Under the pieces are notes generated by a model. It ran no database searches. It saw only the letters and a program-made list of their open reading frames with translations, and was not told the origin of the DNA. From NCBI RefSeq assembly GCF_009914755.1, contig NC_060941.1: DNA of 64,000 bases, one strand, 5' to 3'. Position numbers and translations under genes: made by a program. This stretch comes from the human T2T-CHM13v2.0 reference genome, Homo sapiens. Shown piece after piece: positions 16,488 through 39,041 of the stretch. Within the stretch, counting starts at the first letter, position 1; every line of letters starts with the position of its first letter.

Positions 16488-18689
16488 CCTCTCCCTCTCC
16501 CTCTCCCTCTCCCTCCTCTCCCTCTCCCTCTCTTTCCACGGTCTCCCTCTCATGCCGAGCCGAAGCTGGACTGTGCTGCTGCCATCTCGGCTCACTGCAA
16601 CCTCCCTGCCTGATTCTCCTGCCTCAGCCTGCCGAGTGCCTGCGATCGCAGGCGCGCGCCGCCACGCCTGACGGGTTTTCGTATTTTTTTGGTGGAGACG
16701 GGGTTTCGCTGTGTTGGCCGGGCTGGTCTCCAGCTCCTAACCGCGAGTGATCCGCCAGCCTCGGCCTCCCGAGGTGCCGGGATTGCAGACGGAGTCTCGT
16801 TAACTCAGTGCTCAACGGTGCCCAGGCTGGAGTGCAGTGGCGTGATCTCGGCTACAACCTCCACCTCCCAGCCGCCTGCCTTGGCCCCCCAAAGTGCCGA
16901 GATTGCAGCCTCTGCCCGGCCGCTACCCCGTCTGGGAAGTGAGGAGCGTCTCTGCCTGGCCGCGCATAGTCTGGGATGTGAGGAGCCCCTCTGCCTGGCT
17001 GCCCAGTCTGGAAAGTGAGGAGAGTCTCTTCCCGGCCACCATCCCATCTAGGAAGTGAGGAGCGTCTCTGCCCGGCCGCCCATCCTCTGAGATGTGGGGA
17101 GCGCCTCTGCCCCGCCGCCCCGTCTGGGATGTGAGGAGCACCTCGGCCCGGCCGCGACCCCGTCTGGGAGGTGAGGAGCGTCTCTGCCCGGCCACCCCGT
17201 CTGAGAAGTGAGGAGACCCTCCACCTGGCAACTGCCCCATCTGAGAAGTGAGGAGCTCCTCCGCCCGGCTGCCACCCCGTCTGGGAAGTGAGGAGCGTCT
17301 CCGCCCGGCAGCCACCCCGTCCGGAAGGGAGGTGGGGGTCAGCCCCCGCCAGGCCAGCCGCCCCGTCCGGGAGGGAGGTGGGGGGTCAGCCCCCCACCCG
17401 GCCAGCCACCCCGTCCGGGAGGTGAGGGCGCCTCTGCCCGGCCGCCCCTACTGGGAAGTGAGGAGCCCCTCTGCTCGGCCAGCCGCCCCATCCGGGAGGG
17501 AGGTGGGGGAGTCAGCCCCCCGCCCGGCCAGCCGCCCCGTCCGGGAGGGAGGTGGGGGGGTCAGCCCCCCGCCCGGCCAGCCGCCCCGTCCGGGAGGGAG
17601 GTGGGGGGGTCAGCCCCCCGCCCAGCCAGCCGCCCCGTCCGGGAGGTGAGGGGCGCCTCTGCCCGGCCGCCCCTACTGGGAAGCGAGGAGCCCCTCTGCC
17701 CGGCCAGCCGCCCCGTCCGGGAGGGAGGTGAGGGGGTCAGCCCCCCGCCCAGCCAGCCGCCCTGTCTGGGAGGTGAGGGGCGCCTCTGCCCGGCCGCCCC
17801 TACTGGGAAGTGAGGAGCCCCTCTGCCCGGCCAGCCGCCACGTCCGGGAGGGAGGTGGGGGGGGGTCAGCCCCCCCGCCCGGCCAGCCGCCCCGTCCGGG
17901 AGGGAGGTGGGGGGGTCAGCCCCCCGCCCGGCCAGCCACCCCGTCCGGGAGGGAGGTGGGGGGGTCAGCCCCCCGCCCGGCCAGCCGCCCCGTCTGGGAG
18001 GGAGGTGGGGGGGTCAGCCCCCCGCCAGGCGAGACGCCTCGTCCGGGAGGGAGGTGGGGGGTCAGCCCCCTGCCCGGCCAGCCGCCCCGTCCGGGAGGTG
18101 AGGGGCGCCTCTGCCCGGCCGCCCCTACTGGGAAGTGAGGAGCCCCTCTGCCCGGCCACCACCCCGTCTGGGAGGTGTACCCAACAGCTCATTGAGAACG
18201 GGCCATGATGACAATGGCGGTTTTGTGGAATAGAAAAGGGGGAAAGGTGGGGAAAAGATTGAGAAATCGGATAGTTGCTGTGTCTGTGTAGAAAGAAGTA
18301 GACATGGGAGACTTTTCATTTTGTTCTGTACTAAGAAAAATTCTTCTGCCTTGGGATCCTGTTGATCTATGACCTTACCCCCAACCCTGTGCTCTCTGAA
18401 ACATGTGCTGTGTCCACTCAGGGTTAAATGGATTAAGGGCGGTGCAAGATGTGCTTTGTTAAACAGATGCTTGAAGGCAGCATGCTCGTTAAGAGTCATC
18501 ACCACTCCCTAATCTCAAGTACCCAGGGACACACACACTCTGCCTAGGAAAACCAGAGACCTTTGTTCACTTGTTTATCTGCTGACCTTCCCTCCACTAT
18601 TGTCCTATGACCCTGCCAAATCCCCCTCTGCGAGAAACACCCAAGAATGATCAATAAAAAATAAATAAATAAATAAATAAATAAATAAA
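16488..18689 (+). mobile_element. Full-length SVA retrotransposon (SVA_D-like)
   Basis: (CCCTCT)n to ~16532, Alu-like region to ~16910, GC-rich VNTR ~16910-18175, SINE-R ~18176-18652, AATAAA at 18653-18658, (AAAT)n tail. 17-bp TSD aagagatgataggagcc at 16471-16487 and 18690-18706, at a TT|AAGA L1-endonuclease-type site. Confidence 0.95.
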
Positions 18690-18703
18690 AAGAGATGATA
18701 GGA

Positions 18704-19147
<444 letters not shown>

Positions 19148-19388
19148 TTTCCAAGTTCCAGGCTCTGCCTCTCTCCAACAAAGAGGAGTGGGGTTCCTAT
19201 CCCTGGTTCTTACTCTTCAAGACCTCTCCCAAGTTTCCAACCCCACCCTGGCCTCAACATTGGACTTAGGGTGCAGTCTTCCCATAAACTGCTAGGAACA
19301 GGGGGGTCGGGTGTAGGTGGGAGGAGGAAAGAAATGCTCAACCTAAAGTCTCTGCTTCTGGGATCTTCCACTCAGCTGGGAGAGATTA

Positions 19389-19790
<402 letters not shown>

Positions 19791-19850
19791 TCATGGACAT
19801 AAAGGATAAAGGAAGAGGTAGCATTCCAGCCTCAGCCTTTGGACTTGTTA

Positions 19851-20200
<350 letters not shown>

Positions 20201-20827
20201 TTAAAAACATTCAAGCAATCTCAATTAAATTTCCAATTGAATTTTTTGGAAGACTACAATAAGCGTAAGAATAAGGCCCTCATTATAGCTAAATTATCTT
20301 TATGAAAAAGAGAGGCGTTTGGTTGGAGACATTTTAGTCTGCTTTGAATATCCCTGGCTTCTTCCCGTTTTGGGGCCTCTTTGAAGTTAGGCAGGGCCAC
20401 ATGACTAGTTCTGGTCAATGGGCTGTAAGCACAGTGACTTTGTCATTGCCCAGCTCAGGCATTTAAGAGCTTGTGTGAATCCTCCAGCCCTTTCTTCTTC
20501 TGCCAAAGTGACCTGGAAGTCATATATTTCAGTTTCGCCACAGATATAATCAGCTTGGATTCATGAACCCCGCATGAAGGAAGCTGCCACGGAGAAATGC
20601 AGTGGATCTTGTGTAAGTGGGAGATAAAGATTCATGGATTAAGCCACTGAGATTTGGGGTTATTGCCACAAGATAATCTACTCTATCCTAATACAAGGAG
20701 GACTTGGTCTACCAGATATTAAGGCATTCTCTAAAACTTTAATAATAAAGAGCCGTGAAATAGTCTGAAGAAACACAATGGAGAAGACAGAGACAGGACT
20801 CCATATATGAGATCTTTTTTTTTTTGA

Positions 20828-20932
<105 letters not shown>

Positions 20933-21046
20933 TGAGTAGCTGGGACTACAGGTGCCCGCCATCACACCCAGCTAATTTTTGTATTTTTAGTAGAGACGGG
21001 GTTTCACCATATTGACCAGGCTGGTCTCGAGTTCCTGACCTCGTGA

Positions 21047-21515
<469 letters not shown>

Positions 21516-21557
21516 TAGTAGAGACGGGGTTTCACCGTGTTAGCCAGGATGGTCTCA

Positions 21558-21647
<90 letters not shown>

Positions 21648-21768
21648 TTAGTAGATACGGGGTTTCTCCATGTCGGTCAGGCTGGTCTTGAACTTCCGAC
21701 CTCAGGTGATCTGCCCACCTCGGCCTCCCAAAGTTCTGGATTACAGGCATGAGCCATTGCCCCAGCCA

Positions 21769-21915
21769 AGAGGTAGGGCTCTTAAGAGATGATTGGGTCA
21801 TGAAGGCTCTGCCTTCATGAATGGACTGATCCATTCATGGATTAATGAATTAATGGATTAATGGATTAGTGAGTTATCATGGGAGGGGAACTGGTGGCTT
21901 TGTCAAAAAAGAAAG
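21769..21915 (+). mobile_element. Second MST-type LTR fragment
   Basis: ttaagagatgattgggtcatgaaggctctgccttcatgaatgga, homologous to the fragment at 18983. Confidence 0.55.
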
Positions 21916-21933
21916 GCCAGGCGTGGTGGCTCA

Positions 21934-22279
<346 letters not shown>

Positions 22280-22576
22280 CTAGAACATAATGCTGATTAT
22301 GTATAGAAATACACACACGTGACAAACCAAGTGTAAAGGTACATTTTGAGACAATTTAGATATGTTGGTTATGGATTAGATATGAGATGATATGAAGGTA
22401 TTACTGCTAATTTTGTTGGGTGTGATAGCATTGTGGTTAGGTTCAATGATGGGGGCATGCATAGCTACAGAATATAGGGGTGAGGCTGGGTGCGGTGGCT
22501 AATGCCTGTAATCCAGCCCTTCGGGAGGCCGAGGTGGGTGGATCACAAGGTCAGGAGATCGAGACCATCCTGGCTA

Positions 22577-22826
<250 letters not shown>

Positions 22827-23108
22827 TTAAAGTATTTCAGCAAAGGACAAAAAGAGGAAGATAAAGCAAATGTATTATTTTCGGCAAAGATTTAAGCAAG
22901 ATTTCAAGGCGTAATTTTGATAATTTTTGTTTTTATTTTATCATTATTATTATTATTATTATTATTTTTGACAGAGTCTCACTCTGTCGCCCAGGATGGA
23001 GTGCAGTGGTGCCATCTTGGCTCACTTGCCTCCTGGGTTCAAGGGATTCTCCTGCCTCAGCCTCCCGAGTAGCTGGGATTACGGGCACATGCAACCACAC
23101 CCAACTAA

Positions 23109-23342
<234 letters not shown>

Positions 23343-24091
23343 TGATCCGCCTGCCTCGGCCTCCCAAAGTGCTGGGATTACAGGCGTGAGCCACCGTGCC
23401 CCGCCTAATTTTTGTGTTTTTTAGTAGAGACGGGGTTTTGCCAGTTTGGCCAGGCTGGTCTTGAATTCCTGACCTCAAGTGATCCTCCCGCCTCAGCCTC
23501 CCAAAGTGCTGGGATTACAGTGTGAGCCACCGCGCCCGACCTATTTTAGTATTATTTTTTAAGAGAATAAGTTTGGCTCTGTTGTCCAGGCTGGCATGCA
23601 GTGGCATGATCTTAGCCTTGAACTCCTGGGCTCAAGCGATCCTCCCCCCTCAACCTCCCACAGTGCTGGGATTACAGACATTAGCCACCATGCCCAGCTG
23701 ATAATTTCTGAATTTGACAAATGAGTATATTGGGATTCATTCTCTACTTTTGTGTATAAAAATTTTCATAATAAAATTTAAAACAACAACAGTGACACAT
23801 ATTTTCAAGAACCCATTCATATAAAAAGAAACAAATTAAACAAGTTAGAATGGTTGCTGTGGAGGGGGAAGAAAATAGGAGTAGGGAATGAAGACAAAAG
23901 AGAAGGAGCAGGCCGGGTGTGGTGGCTCACTCCTGTAATCCAGGCACTTTGGGAGAACGAGGCAGGAGGATCACTTGAGGTAAGTCAGGAGTTCGAGACC
24001 AGCCTAGGCAACATGGTGAAAACCCATCTGTACTAAAAAATGCAAAAATTAGCCCGGCATGGTGGCAGGCGCCTGTGATCCCAGTTTCTCA

Positions 24092-24244
<153 letters not shown>

Positions 24245-25432
24245 TCATGCCTGTAATCCCAGCACTTTGGGAGGCCGAGGTGGGCAGATCACGAGGTCAG
24301 GAGATCAAGACCATCTGGCTAACACGGTAAAACCCCGTCTCTACTAAAAATACAAAAAATTAGCCGGGTGTGGGTGCGGGTGCCTGTAGTCCCAGCTACT
24401 CAGGAGGCTGAGGCAGGAGAATGGCATGAATCTGGGAAGTGGAGCTTGCAGTGAGCTGAGACCGTGCCACTGCACTCCAGCCTGGGCAGCAGAGCGAGAC
24501 TCCGTCTCAAAAAAAAAAAAAAAAAAAGGATGAAGAAAAGAAGAAATGAGAAAAGAAGGAACGGAAACAAGAACAGTTGATGATAACCTGCCCTGACCTC
24601 AGGAGGATGACTAATTTAACCCTCTGCACCTAAAGTCCACAAGAAGGAGAAAAATAAAATGATATCTCCTATAACTCTACCATGGTGGCATTTTAACTTT
24701 CTGTCTAAGCCTCGAACCCTCACTCCTGTGCACCCTACTGTATGTTTCTATGTGGCTGTCACCATGAGGAACACATCACTATGAATTTTTGCCTGCGAAA
24801 ATGCAGCACTGGGCCGGGACTTCTGGATATATGATATCATTTTATCCTCTTAACAACATTGTGAGGTGAGTATCATTATCTCTATTTTACAGATGCCTTT
24901 AACCTCAGAGATCAGGCTATTCAGCCAACTCCTACTACTAATAAATCACAAAGCTGGCACTTTGGGAGGCCAAGGTGGGATGATTGCTTGAGGCCAGGAA
25001 TTCAAAACCAGCCTAGGCAACATAATGAGACCTCATCTATACAAAACAAAATGAAAAAACAAATCACAAAGCTGGTATTCCAAACACCTTGGCCTCAAAG
25101 GCCCAGGGTCATGTGATGCCATTAAGTTGATCCAATAGCTTCCTCATAATTATTAAGGTCTGCCTAGTGGTCCATTCTATTGATGGAGGGTAATTTACTG
25201 TAATTTACTAACTGCTGTCCTATTTCTGAGTATTTGGGCTCTTTCTAGCTTTCTGCTCACATAGATAGTCCTCTAAATTATCTTCAGGCCCAGAGCTTTT
25301 TGAGTCTGTTGAATTACTTCCTTATCAGGGTGGGGTTCCTTTGTGTTCACACACAAATGTTGACCTCATTACAGTAGTTCATTCTCGTTGACATGGTTTT
25401 CACAAAAGAGTTGAATGGACAAGCAGGAGTTA

Positions 25433-25981
<549 letters not shown>

Positions 25982-26179
25982 TTAGGCAGGCTGTGGTCCA
26001 GCCACTCTCTCTTTGCCCTGATACCCCGCCCCTACCCCAGGCCCCCTCTACTCCCTCAAGAAGGCCTCCGAATCTTCTCTAAGGGTGGGAGGAGTGGGAT
26101 GGATGAGCAGAAACCTGAAGTCTGCACACCCTCGCTCTGCTCCCTGGCTCTCTGTTCTTAAGGCCCAGCTTCCCGTGCT

Positions 26180-26320
26180 GGACATCACCTGGGGATCTGG
26201 TTAAAATGCAGATTCTTATTTCTCAACTCTGGGGCAGGGCCTGAGCTCCTAGATTACTGGCAAGCTCCCTAGAAATGGCACTGCTGCTGGTCCCAGAGCC
26301 CCACTGTGTAGCAATGCCCT
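26180..26320. mobile_element. MER5-like DNA transposon remnant
   Basis: atcacctggggatctggttaaaatgcagattc..ctgctgctggtcc resembles recalled MER5A/B. Confidence 0.5.
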
Positions 26321-27513
26321 AGGGATTCTGGCCAGGGTCCCAGCCTCCCCTGCTGCCCAAGCTCCAGGTAGTGTTTCAGAATTGCAATTAAAAACATGGA
26401 GAGGGGCTTAACCCTTGGCAGGGGCAGGAAGTGGTCCCCCAAATTGAGGCAGCATTTATTCCCCTAAGTCCAGATATGATGAGCTGGAAAAGGATGGAAA
26501 GGATCCTTTTCCAGGCGATGGAAAGGATCTACCAGGAAGAATTAGCCCAGTAGAAAACGGAGACCCAGAGAGGGGACTGGCTTTTCCCAGGTTGCACAGC
26601 CAGCCTGTGGAAGAGGCCTGGGGATGCCGGTGGCCTGAGCTCTCTTCAGGCTTGTCTCATAGCCTGACTTCTGGGTACATGGACGTGGGGAATGGAGGGT
26701 CTGGCAAGCCCTGGGGACAGGGCCAGGGCTGTGGGGATCTGCAGCTGCTGTGTGTGGGAGGTGGACGCTGGGACGGCTCTCCCCTGGCAGAGTTAGCTCT
26801 CTGACCCTTTGGCAGCTGCCCTGGCTAGCCTGGGAGGGGTCAGCTGGGGATAGGCAGTAAATATAGATCTAGGGCAGGAAGCCAGGCGGCCCAGCCCTGC
26901 ACTGACCTCTCGTTGGAAGTCTAGGGAGGGCAGATGTCCAGTCCTGGAACCCTCCTCTCCCGGGGTGGGGGACACCTAGCCCAGCAACACCCTAGAATTG
27001 CTGGAAGTGGTTGGGGGTAGGGGACAGAGCCTCCAAAGGGGACCAGGATGAGGGTAAGCAGAAAGCTGGCCAGGAGACGCTGTGCCTGTGTGGCCATGTG
27101 CCCTCTCTGGGCCTCTGTTTTCTTCTCTGGTCATCTCTGTCAAAGGTGCTGTCCAGCTTCCCGGTAAGGGGTCCACTGATCTAAAGGGAATTGGGGGCTC
27201 ACAAGTATAAGGAGCAGGGGGCAAGGTCCCCTTACAGTCCCTCCTCCCACCCCCACAGGTCTTGCTTATTCAGGAGAGGAAGGAGTCTCAGAGCATAATC
27301 TCATCTCTTGCTCCCTACCCACTCTCTGGGTGCTGGCCTCCCACCCTAGGGCTCAGGGTCACACCTCAGCCTGGCTCCCCTTGCTGCATAGATGCAGCCC
27401 TGTGCCAGGCCCGTGCCACACACACCATGCCCACCTAGTTCAGCCAAGACCCCCGGGACCCCCGACTCTGGGAACGGGAATTCAGGCAAGGCAGCCACTC
27501 CAACACAGATACG

Positions 27514-27519
27514 TTTATT
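27514..27519 (-). terminator. SLC4A1: SLC4A1 polyadenylation signal AATAAA
   Basis: tttatt on plus, ~2.05 kb after the stop, followed on minus by GU-rich ctgtgttggagtgg. Confidence 0.75.
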
Positions 27520-27958
27520 GGCAAAACCTATTCCCAGGCATCAAGGGGAAGGGTGCTAGCAGAGTGAATAATTTTTGTTTTTCACTTTCCTTGGCCATGT
27601 TCAAGGAGCAAGGGGAGGGGGAGACAGGGACATCCCAGTCAAGATAAGGAGGATCCCAGCAGCTCCCCTCCGAGGTTGGGCTCTTCACCAACCAAGGCCT
27701 TTTCTTGCACTGTCTCCTTTAATCCTTATAACAACACTGCAAGGTAGGTACCATTATCATCCCCATTTTACAGACGAGGAAACTGAACTGTAGCATGGGC
27801 GAAGTGGTGAAAGGTGGGTGTCAGCTTTCAGGGACAGGAGAGCCTCCCATGGACTGAGCTAGCCTGGGAGGTACAAATAATGTTACTCTATGTTGGGCTG
27901 GAACCCCACCACACACACATGTTGAGTCTGTGGCCCCCAAGGCTGATGTTTCCTTCCG

Positions 27959-28295
<337 letters not shown>

Positions 28296-29566
28296 TGATT
28301 CTGTTTCCTCCATCTCTCACCACTTTCACGTCTTTCAACTCTTTTTATCTTTTTGTTTTATAAAAAAATAAATTTGCCCATGTTCTTGGAGAGCCTGCTG
28401 TCTCCTACCCCAATTGGTCAGATCTGGGTTCTCCCCAAGATTCAGTTTAGATGGAGTTGAGGATAATGGCTCTCAAATGAGGGGCCTGAAGTTGTGTGTG
28501 AAGCCAAACTATGTTGAAAACTCTTAGAAAATACGCAATTAATAAATTACAAACCCCCTCACTCTCCCGCCCCTACCTTCCCACCCTCCCCCACTCCCTA
28601 TCCAAATGTAGAATCAACTGTACCTTGCCCCCCACCCCCACCCCAGGGCAGGGCTTGTCTCAGTCCCCTCGGAGTCCACTGATTCCGGGGCCCTCAGTAA
28701 ATGTTTGTGGAATGAATGAATGAGTGAACTAATGAGTGTTTGGAGGGAGGAACCAAACACTTAGGAGGCCTGAGTCCCAGGCCCAATCCCTGGATCATCC
28801 TTGCCTGTACCTTGTCCTCACCAGGACGCCTCTCTCTGGGCCCAGAGAAGAGGGTCTCAAGGTAGGGGCTGGGAGCAGAGTGGGGAAGGGAGGAGTCACA
28901 GGGGAAGGGAAAGTGGACGCATGACTGACAGAGGACAGAGCTCGGACCTTGAAATCAGAAGGCCTGGTTCAAATCCCAGCTGCACGGCTCAGTTCAAATC
29001 CCAGCTATGTGACCTTGGGTACGTTCAAAGACAAATGATGACTGCTATAGAACAGTCCCTGTGGAGTTTACAAAGCCCTATTTTACATGTATCTTTGGTC
29101 CTCAGTAACCATCCTGTAATGTGGGTATTATCATCAATATACCCATTTTACAGAAGAGAAAATATAGGCTGGAAAGGTCAAGGGACTTGCCCAAGGTCAC
29201 ACAGCAAGCACCCCACCCGCTCACCCACCTCCTGCCTTTGCTTCTACCCCTGCCTGTGCTGGGAAGAGGGAGGGCTCAGATCTAAGTCTTCCAGCACGGG
29301 ATCCCCAGTGAAAGTGTGGCAACAGGAGGGACTGTGCAACAAACCCCCTAATGTGGGCCCCATCGGCCATCCCCAGCCAGAAAAGCCAGGCTACCCTTTG
29401 TGGAAGGTCTCCTGGACACGCCTTCCTTCCCCACCCACAGCCCTGGGGCCTCAGCTGCTGCTCCAGGAGGATCCTGGAGTCCATGAGGTGCCCATGAACT
29501 TCTGCTTTTCCTTGGAAGGTGGGGATGTGGAATGGTGGGGGAGGGTCTAGGGCCTGGGCCCGCCCC

Positions 29567-29776
<210 letters not shown>

Positions 29777-30204
29777 TTATCTCCCCAGCAGCTAGGACTG
29801 GCCTAAATGAGTCGTTGTCAAAGTGAGAGGCAACCCCGGGGATGTGGACCCTGGCAGGGGAGGGCCTGCAGAGGGTGAGCAGGGGACCTTTTCACCAAGG
29901 CGGCCCCACAGTGACCTGAGTCACCCTGTGGAAGAATCCTATTAGAGGAGTGACTCTGTCCCAAATGACTCGGAAGACGGCAGGACTTGCTGCTTAGGGG
30001 TCCAGCTCACTCACAGCACACCCTGTCTGCCTCTTGACGCTCTCCCCAGTCGTGCCATCATTTCCCCCTTTACAGGTGAGCAAAATGAAGACACAGAGAA
30101 ACAAGGCCCCGTGCTCCAGATCATATGCTAGGACACAGCAGGCCAGAACCTGGACACCAGCCCTAGCCCCAGACTTTACCCATGACTCTGTCCTGCCTGC
30201 CCTA

Positions 30205-30764
<560 letters not shown>

Positions 30765-31036
30765 CTATCTGGGGCTGGGAATAAAACACAGGCACCATAT
30801 GGAGCCATTTCTTTTTTCCTTTTCTTTTCTTTTTTTTTTTTTTTTTTTTGTTTTTTTTTTTGAGACAGGATCTCGCTCTGTCACCCAAGCCAGAGTGCAG
30901 TAGTGTGATCTCGGCTCACAACAGACTTAACCTCCTGATCCCAAGTGATCCTCCCGCTTCAGTGTCCCTAGTTGCTGGAACTACAGGCACATACAACCAC
31001 ACCTGGATCATTTTTTTTTTTTTTAATTTTTAGTAG

Positions 31037-31516
<480 letters not shown>

Positions 31517-32222
31517 TAAGGCCACACAGCTGGCAAGGAGTCAAAGCCCTGCCTGCCTGACTTAAGCCCACTCCCTTAACCTAATGAGGGTCACAGAGGT
31601 CAAACACACACACCTTTCTCCTCACCCCAGCCCAGAATGCCATCAACTGCCTCCTTTAAGAATTTTCCCTGACCTCTCCATCTGCAACCATGGCACTGCC
31701 CACACCGAACCCAGCTCGACTCTTGGCTGCTCCAGAACTGAAATCAACCCCAGTGACCCTTCTTTCTTCTCCCCCACATCCCTGGACTATGGCTAGAGCA
31801 CCGCCCCTTGTATCAGTCATGGAGCAGCTGAGCTGGAAGAGAACTGGGGGACATCTGTTGAACTCTCCAACTGTGCAGACAGGGAAACTGAGACCCAGAG
31901 ACAAGGAGGGATCCTGGGTTAGCAGCAGGGCAGGGCTAGAACCCACAGTTCACTGGACTTCTGTTGGGTAAGTCAGAAGGTGGGGTCTGGTCTGGAGAAG
32001 GCCTCGGAGTGGAGCCCCCTTCCTCCCTGCTCAGACGCCCAGCCCAGTGCCTTGGCCTTTCCTCCAGGATCCCCTCGTGTGAGTAGGGGATGCTGGGGAG
32101 ATGTGGGGAAGTGGTGCAGGATGGGGGAGGCTGGAGGAGGTGCTGGGTCCGAACAGAAAGGGGAAGGGGAAGGGGCCGGGGGTGAGGGGCAGGAGGATGG
32201 TGAAGACGCGACCCAGCTTTCA

Positions 32223-32570
<348 letters not shown>

Positions 32571-32806
32571 TCAGTTTTGTCTTCTGTGCCCCTCGCTCTT
32601 TGAGTTCCTTGCTCCCCTCCCTCCCGCCCCATCTTGAGAATCCAAACTCTTAAGAGCAGAAATGTCTTCACAACATTCAAGGCTGATTCGCAGGCAACGA
32701 AGCTTCAGCTTCAGGGAGCTTTGCTTGTACAGGCCCCTCCAAGATCCAGCACCTAATTTTATAGTTGTCATTTTGCATTTTTTTTTCTTTTTCTTTTTTT
32801 TCCTAG

Positions 32807-33016
<210 letters not shown>

Positions 33017-33049
33017 TGATCCCCCCGTCTTGGCTTCCCAAAGTGCTAG

Positions 33050-33288
<239 letters not shown>

Positions 33289-33603
33289 TAGCCAAGCTGG
33301 TCTCGAACTCCTGACCTCAGGTGATCTGCCCGCCTCGGCCTCTCAAACTGTTGGGATTACGGGCGTGAGCCACCGCGCCCGGCCACGTTTTTTTTTTCTT
33401 AAAAAGAGCTCTCCAAATTATACAACTTCTGGTCCCACAAAACCTGGAACTGCCCCTGGCTTTTCACTATTCCTGCTAGTCGGGAGGGCCACACACCCGC
33501 AGGGACTAGCTTGCAGTCCTGGGTCTCTTGCCTGCCTGGGAGAATGCCAGGGAAAGGTCCCTGCCTCCCACCCTCCCAGGCCCAGCCCCCACCCTGTCTC
33601 TCA

Positions 33604-33885
<282 letters not shown>

Positions 33886-34240
33886 TTACTTATATTGAGC
33901 ACTTGCTCTGTACCTAATCATTACACTAATCCCTTTACATCCATCTGCTCGTTCCCCACTTTAAAGATGAGGAAAGAGAATCAGAGAGGTTATGTAGCTT
34001 GCCCCACATCACACAGCTATTTGATGGCAGAGCTGGGATTCATGCCTAGATCTGCCTGGCTCCAAAGAATACTTCTTCCTACTGCTCTGGGTTAAGGAAT
34101 GAAGGTGGCAACCTGGCCCAGCACCTTGCTTTGGCCACAGGGGTCCTCTGGGGCTGTGAGAAGCACATGGGACTCCCAGAGGAGGCAGGGATGGGGTAGA
34201 GGTAGTCCCAGCTGGCTTCAGGTTGGGGAAAGCTATTCTA

Positions 34241-34519
<279 letters not shown>

Positions 34520-34781
34520 CTAATGCCCTGTCCTGCACCTCAGCTATGTCTGCCTCCTTTCTTCTTCCCCCAGCAGTTCTCAGGCTGGGCATGCCATGAA
34601 AGTGGGAGGGGCTTGCCCATAGAGTGAAACCCTAGGTAAGGATAGGGCCAGGGGAGGTTGGAATTGGGAATGGGAATCTGAAAAAGAAGGGAAGCTAAGG
34701 GCACTGAGGAATTTGGAGCGGGGGGGCTTTGGGCTGGGATAGGGCAGTGTTGGCAAGGACAGGCGAGGAGGGTATGCTGAC

Positions 34782-34955
34782 CTTGCCAGGGAAATAGGAG
34801 CTGTTCTTGAACTTGCGCAGCATCATGGCAAAGAAGAAGGTACCGGCCATGAGCACAAGGGAGAGGAGGGCTGTGTTGGGCAGGGGGCCCTGAGGTTTGG
34901 GCACCATCAACACGTTGTAGTTATAAGTCTTCTGTAGTGGGTGGTCCTGGAAGAT
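34782..34955 (-). CDS. SLC4A1: SLC4A1 exon 14 (IFQDHPL...YFPGK)
   Basis: 174 nt, GT-AG flanks. Confidence 0.97.
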
Positions 34956-35040
34956 CTGCAGCAGAAAACCAAGGCATTCTGTTCTCTCCCAGCTTTGGCT
35001 TGGGCTGGAAAATACCACCAGCTAACTCTACCCAGCACTA

Positions 35041-35263
35041 CTATCCATTCATCCAGTCATCTATTAATTCATCATCCATCCATTTATCCACCCATCCATC
35101 ATTCATCTATCCATTATCCATTGATCATCCATTGATTATTCATCCATCCATTCATTATCCATCTACCCATCCATCCACCTACCTATCATCTATCAACCCA
35201 TTTATCCATCCATTCATCCGTCCATCATCCACCCACTCATTCATCAATCATCCATCCATCCAA

Positions 35264-35296
<33 letters not shown>

Positions 35297-35325
35297 ATCC
35301 ATCTATTCATCCATCCATCCATCTA
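35041..35325 (+). repeat. Degenerate (CATC/TCCA)n simple repeat in intron 13
   Basis: Visible ~285-nt tetranucleotide array. Confidence 0.9.
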
Positions 35326-35534
35326 TCTTCTTCCTCAATTGACATGGAAACAGAGGATAAATGGGATTCTACAGCTTGGTTTTCAGGAATGAAGACAGCC
35401 TAGGTTTAGGCAGGGAGGGCCATGGAAGGCAATGGGTGTGTGTGCGAGCACACATGTACACCCAGGACCTGGGAGACATGAGAAGGCTGGAGGTCAGGAA
35501 ACAAGGGTCAGGGAAGTTTCTAACAAGGGGTTAA

Positions 35535-36228
<694 letters not shown>

Positions 36229-36281
36229 TAGCTGGGATTACAGATGCATGCCACCACATCTGGCTGATTTTTGTATTTTTA

Positions 36282-36743
<462 letters not shown>

Positions 36744-36746
36744 TCA

Positions 36747-36929
<183 letters not shown>

Positions 36930-37071
36930 TCACAGTGGGATCAAGGTCAGGAGATCATTTCCAGGAGCCCATAGAGCAAGTCATGGTCAGGCTGATGCAG
37001 GGGTCTGGAGGGTCAGACAGAGTCAGAAGTTGGGGCTGAGACAGAGGCCAGAGGGTCAGAGGCAAGAGTTA

Positions 37072-37732
<661 letters not shown>

Positions 37733-38154
37733 CTAGGGGCAGGAGACAGGGTCAGAGCTGCCCGGACCTGCGGAGGGAAAGGACCCAGGAGTCCACAGCC
37801 AGGGCCTCCAGGAACCAGAACCCCCTCAGGCAGCAGCTCCCATTGCCAGGAACTGCTTTTCCTGCCCGCTCCCACCCCTACTCTCCCCACTAAGAAAGAG
37901 CTCTGGGGAGACAGACGGGGGCCCTGGGTGGGGAAAGGAGAAGGAACTAAAGCTAACCTGGTGGGTTAAGCAGACTAGATGAAACTAGAGCTGACTAGGC
38001 CCGACCAAGCCTGACCTGACCAGGTGGAACCAGGTCATAGTGAGCTGGACTAGACTAAGCCAGGCCAAAGCCAACCAGACGAGACCAGGCCAGAGCAGGG
38101 CCAGACTGCACGCCCCGACTGCCCCCGCCAGGTAGGATAGCAGCAGCTGGATTA

Positions 38155-39041
<887 letters not shown>

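Noticed and set aside
16805-18505. Pro/Gly/Arg-rich ORFs of 110-136 aa
   Set aside because: Translations of the SVA VNTR and SINE-R.
28801-29550. 249-aa plus-strand ORF
   Set aside because: Antisense to the SLC4A1 3'UTR, runs through MIR remnants, non-ATG start, no recognisable protein.
34937-35392. 151-aa His/Pro/Ser/Ile-rich ORF
   Set aside because: Translation of the (CATC)n repeat.
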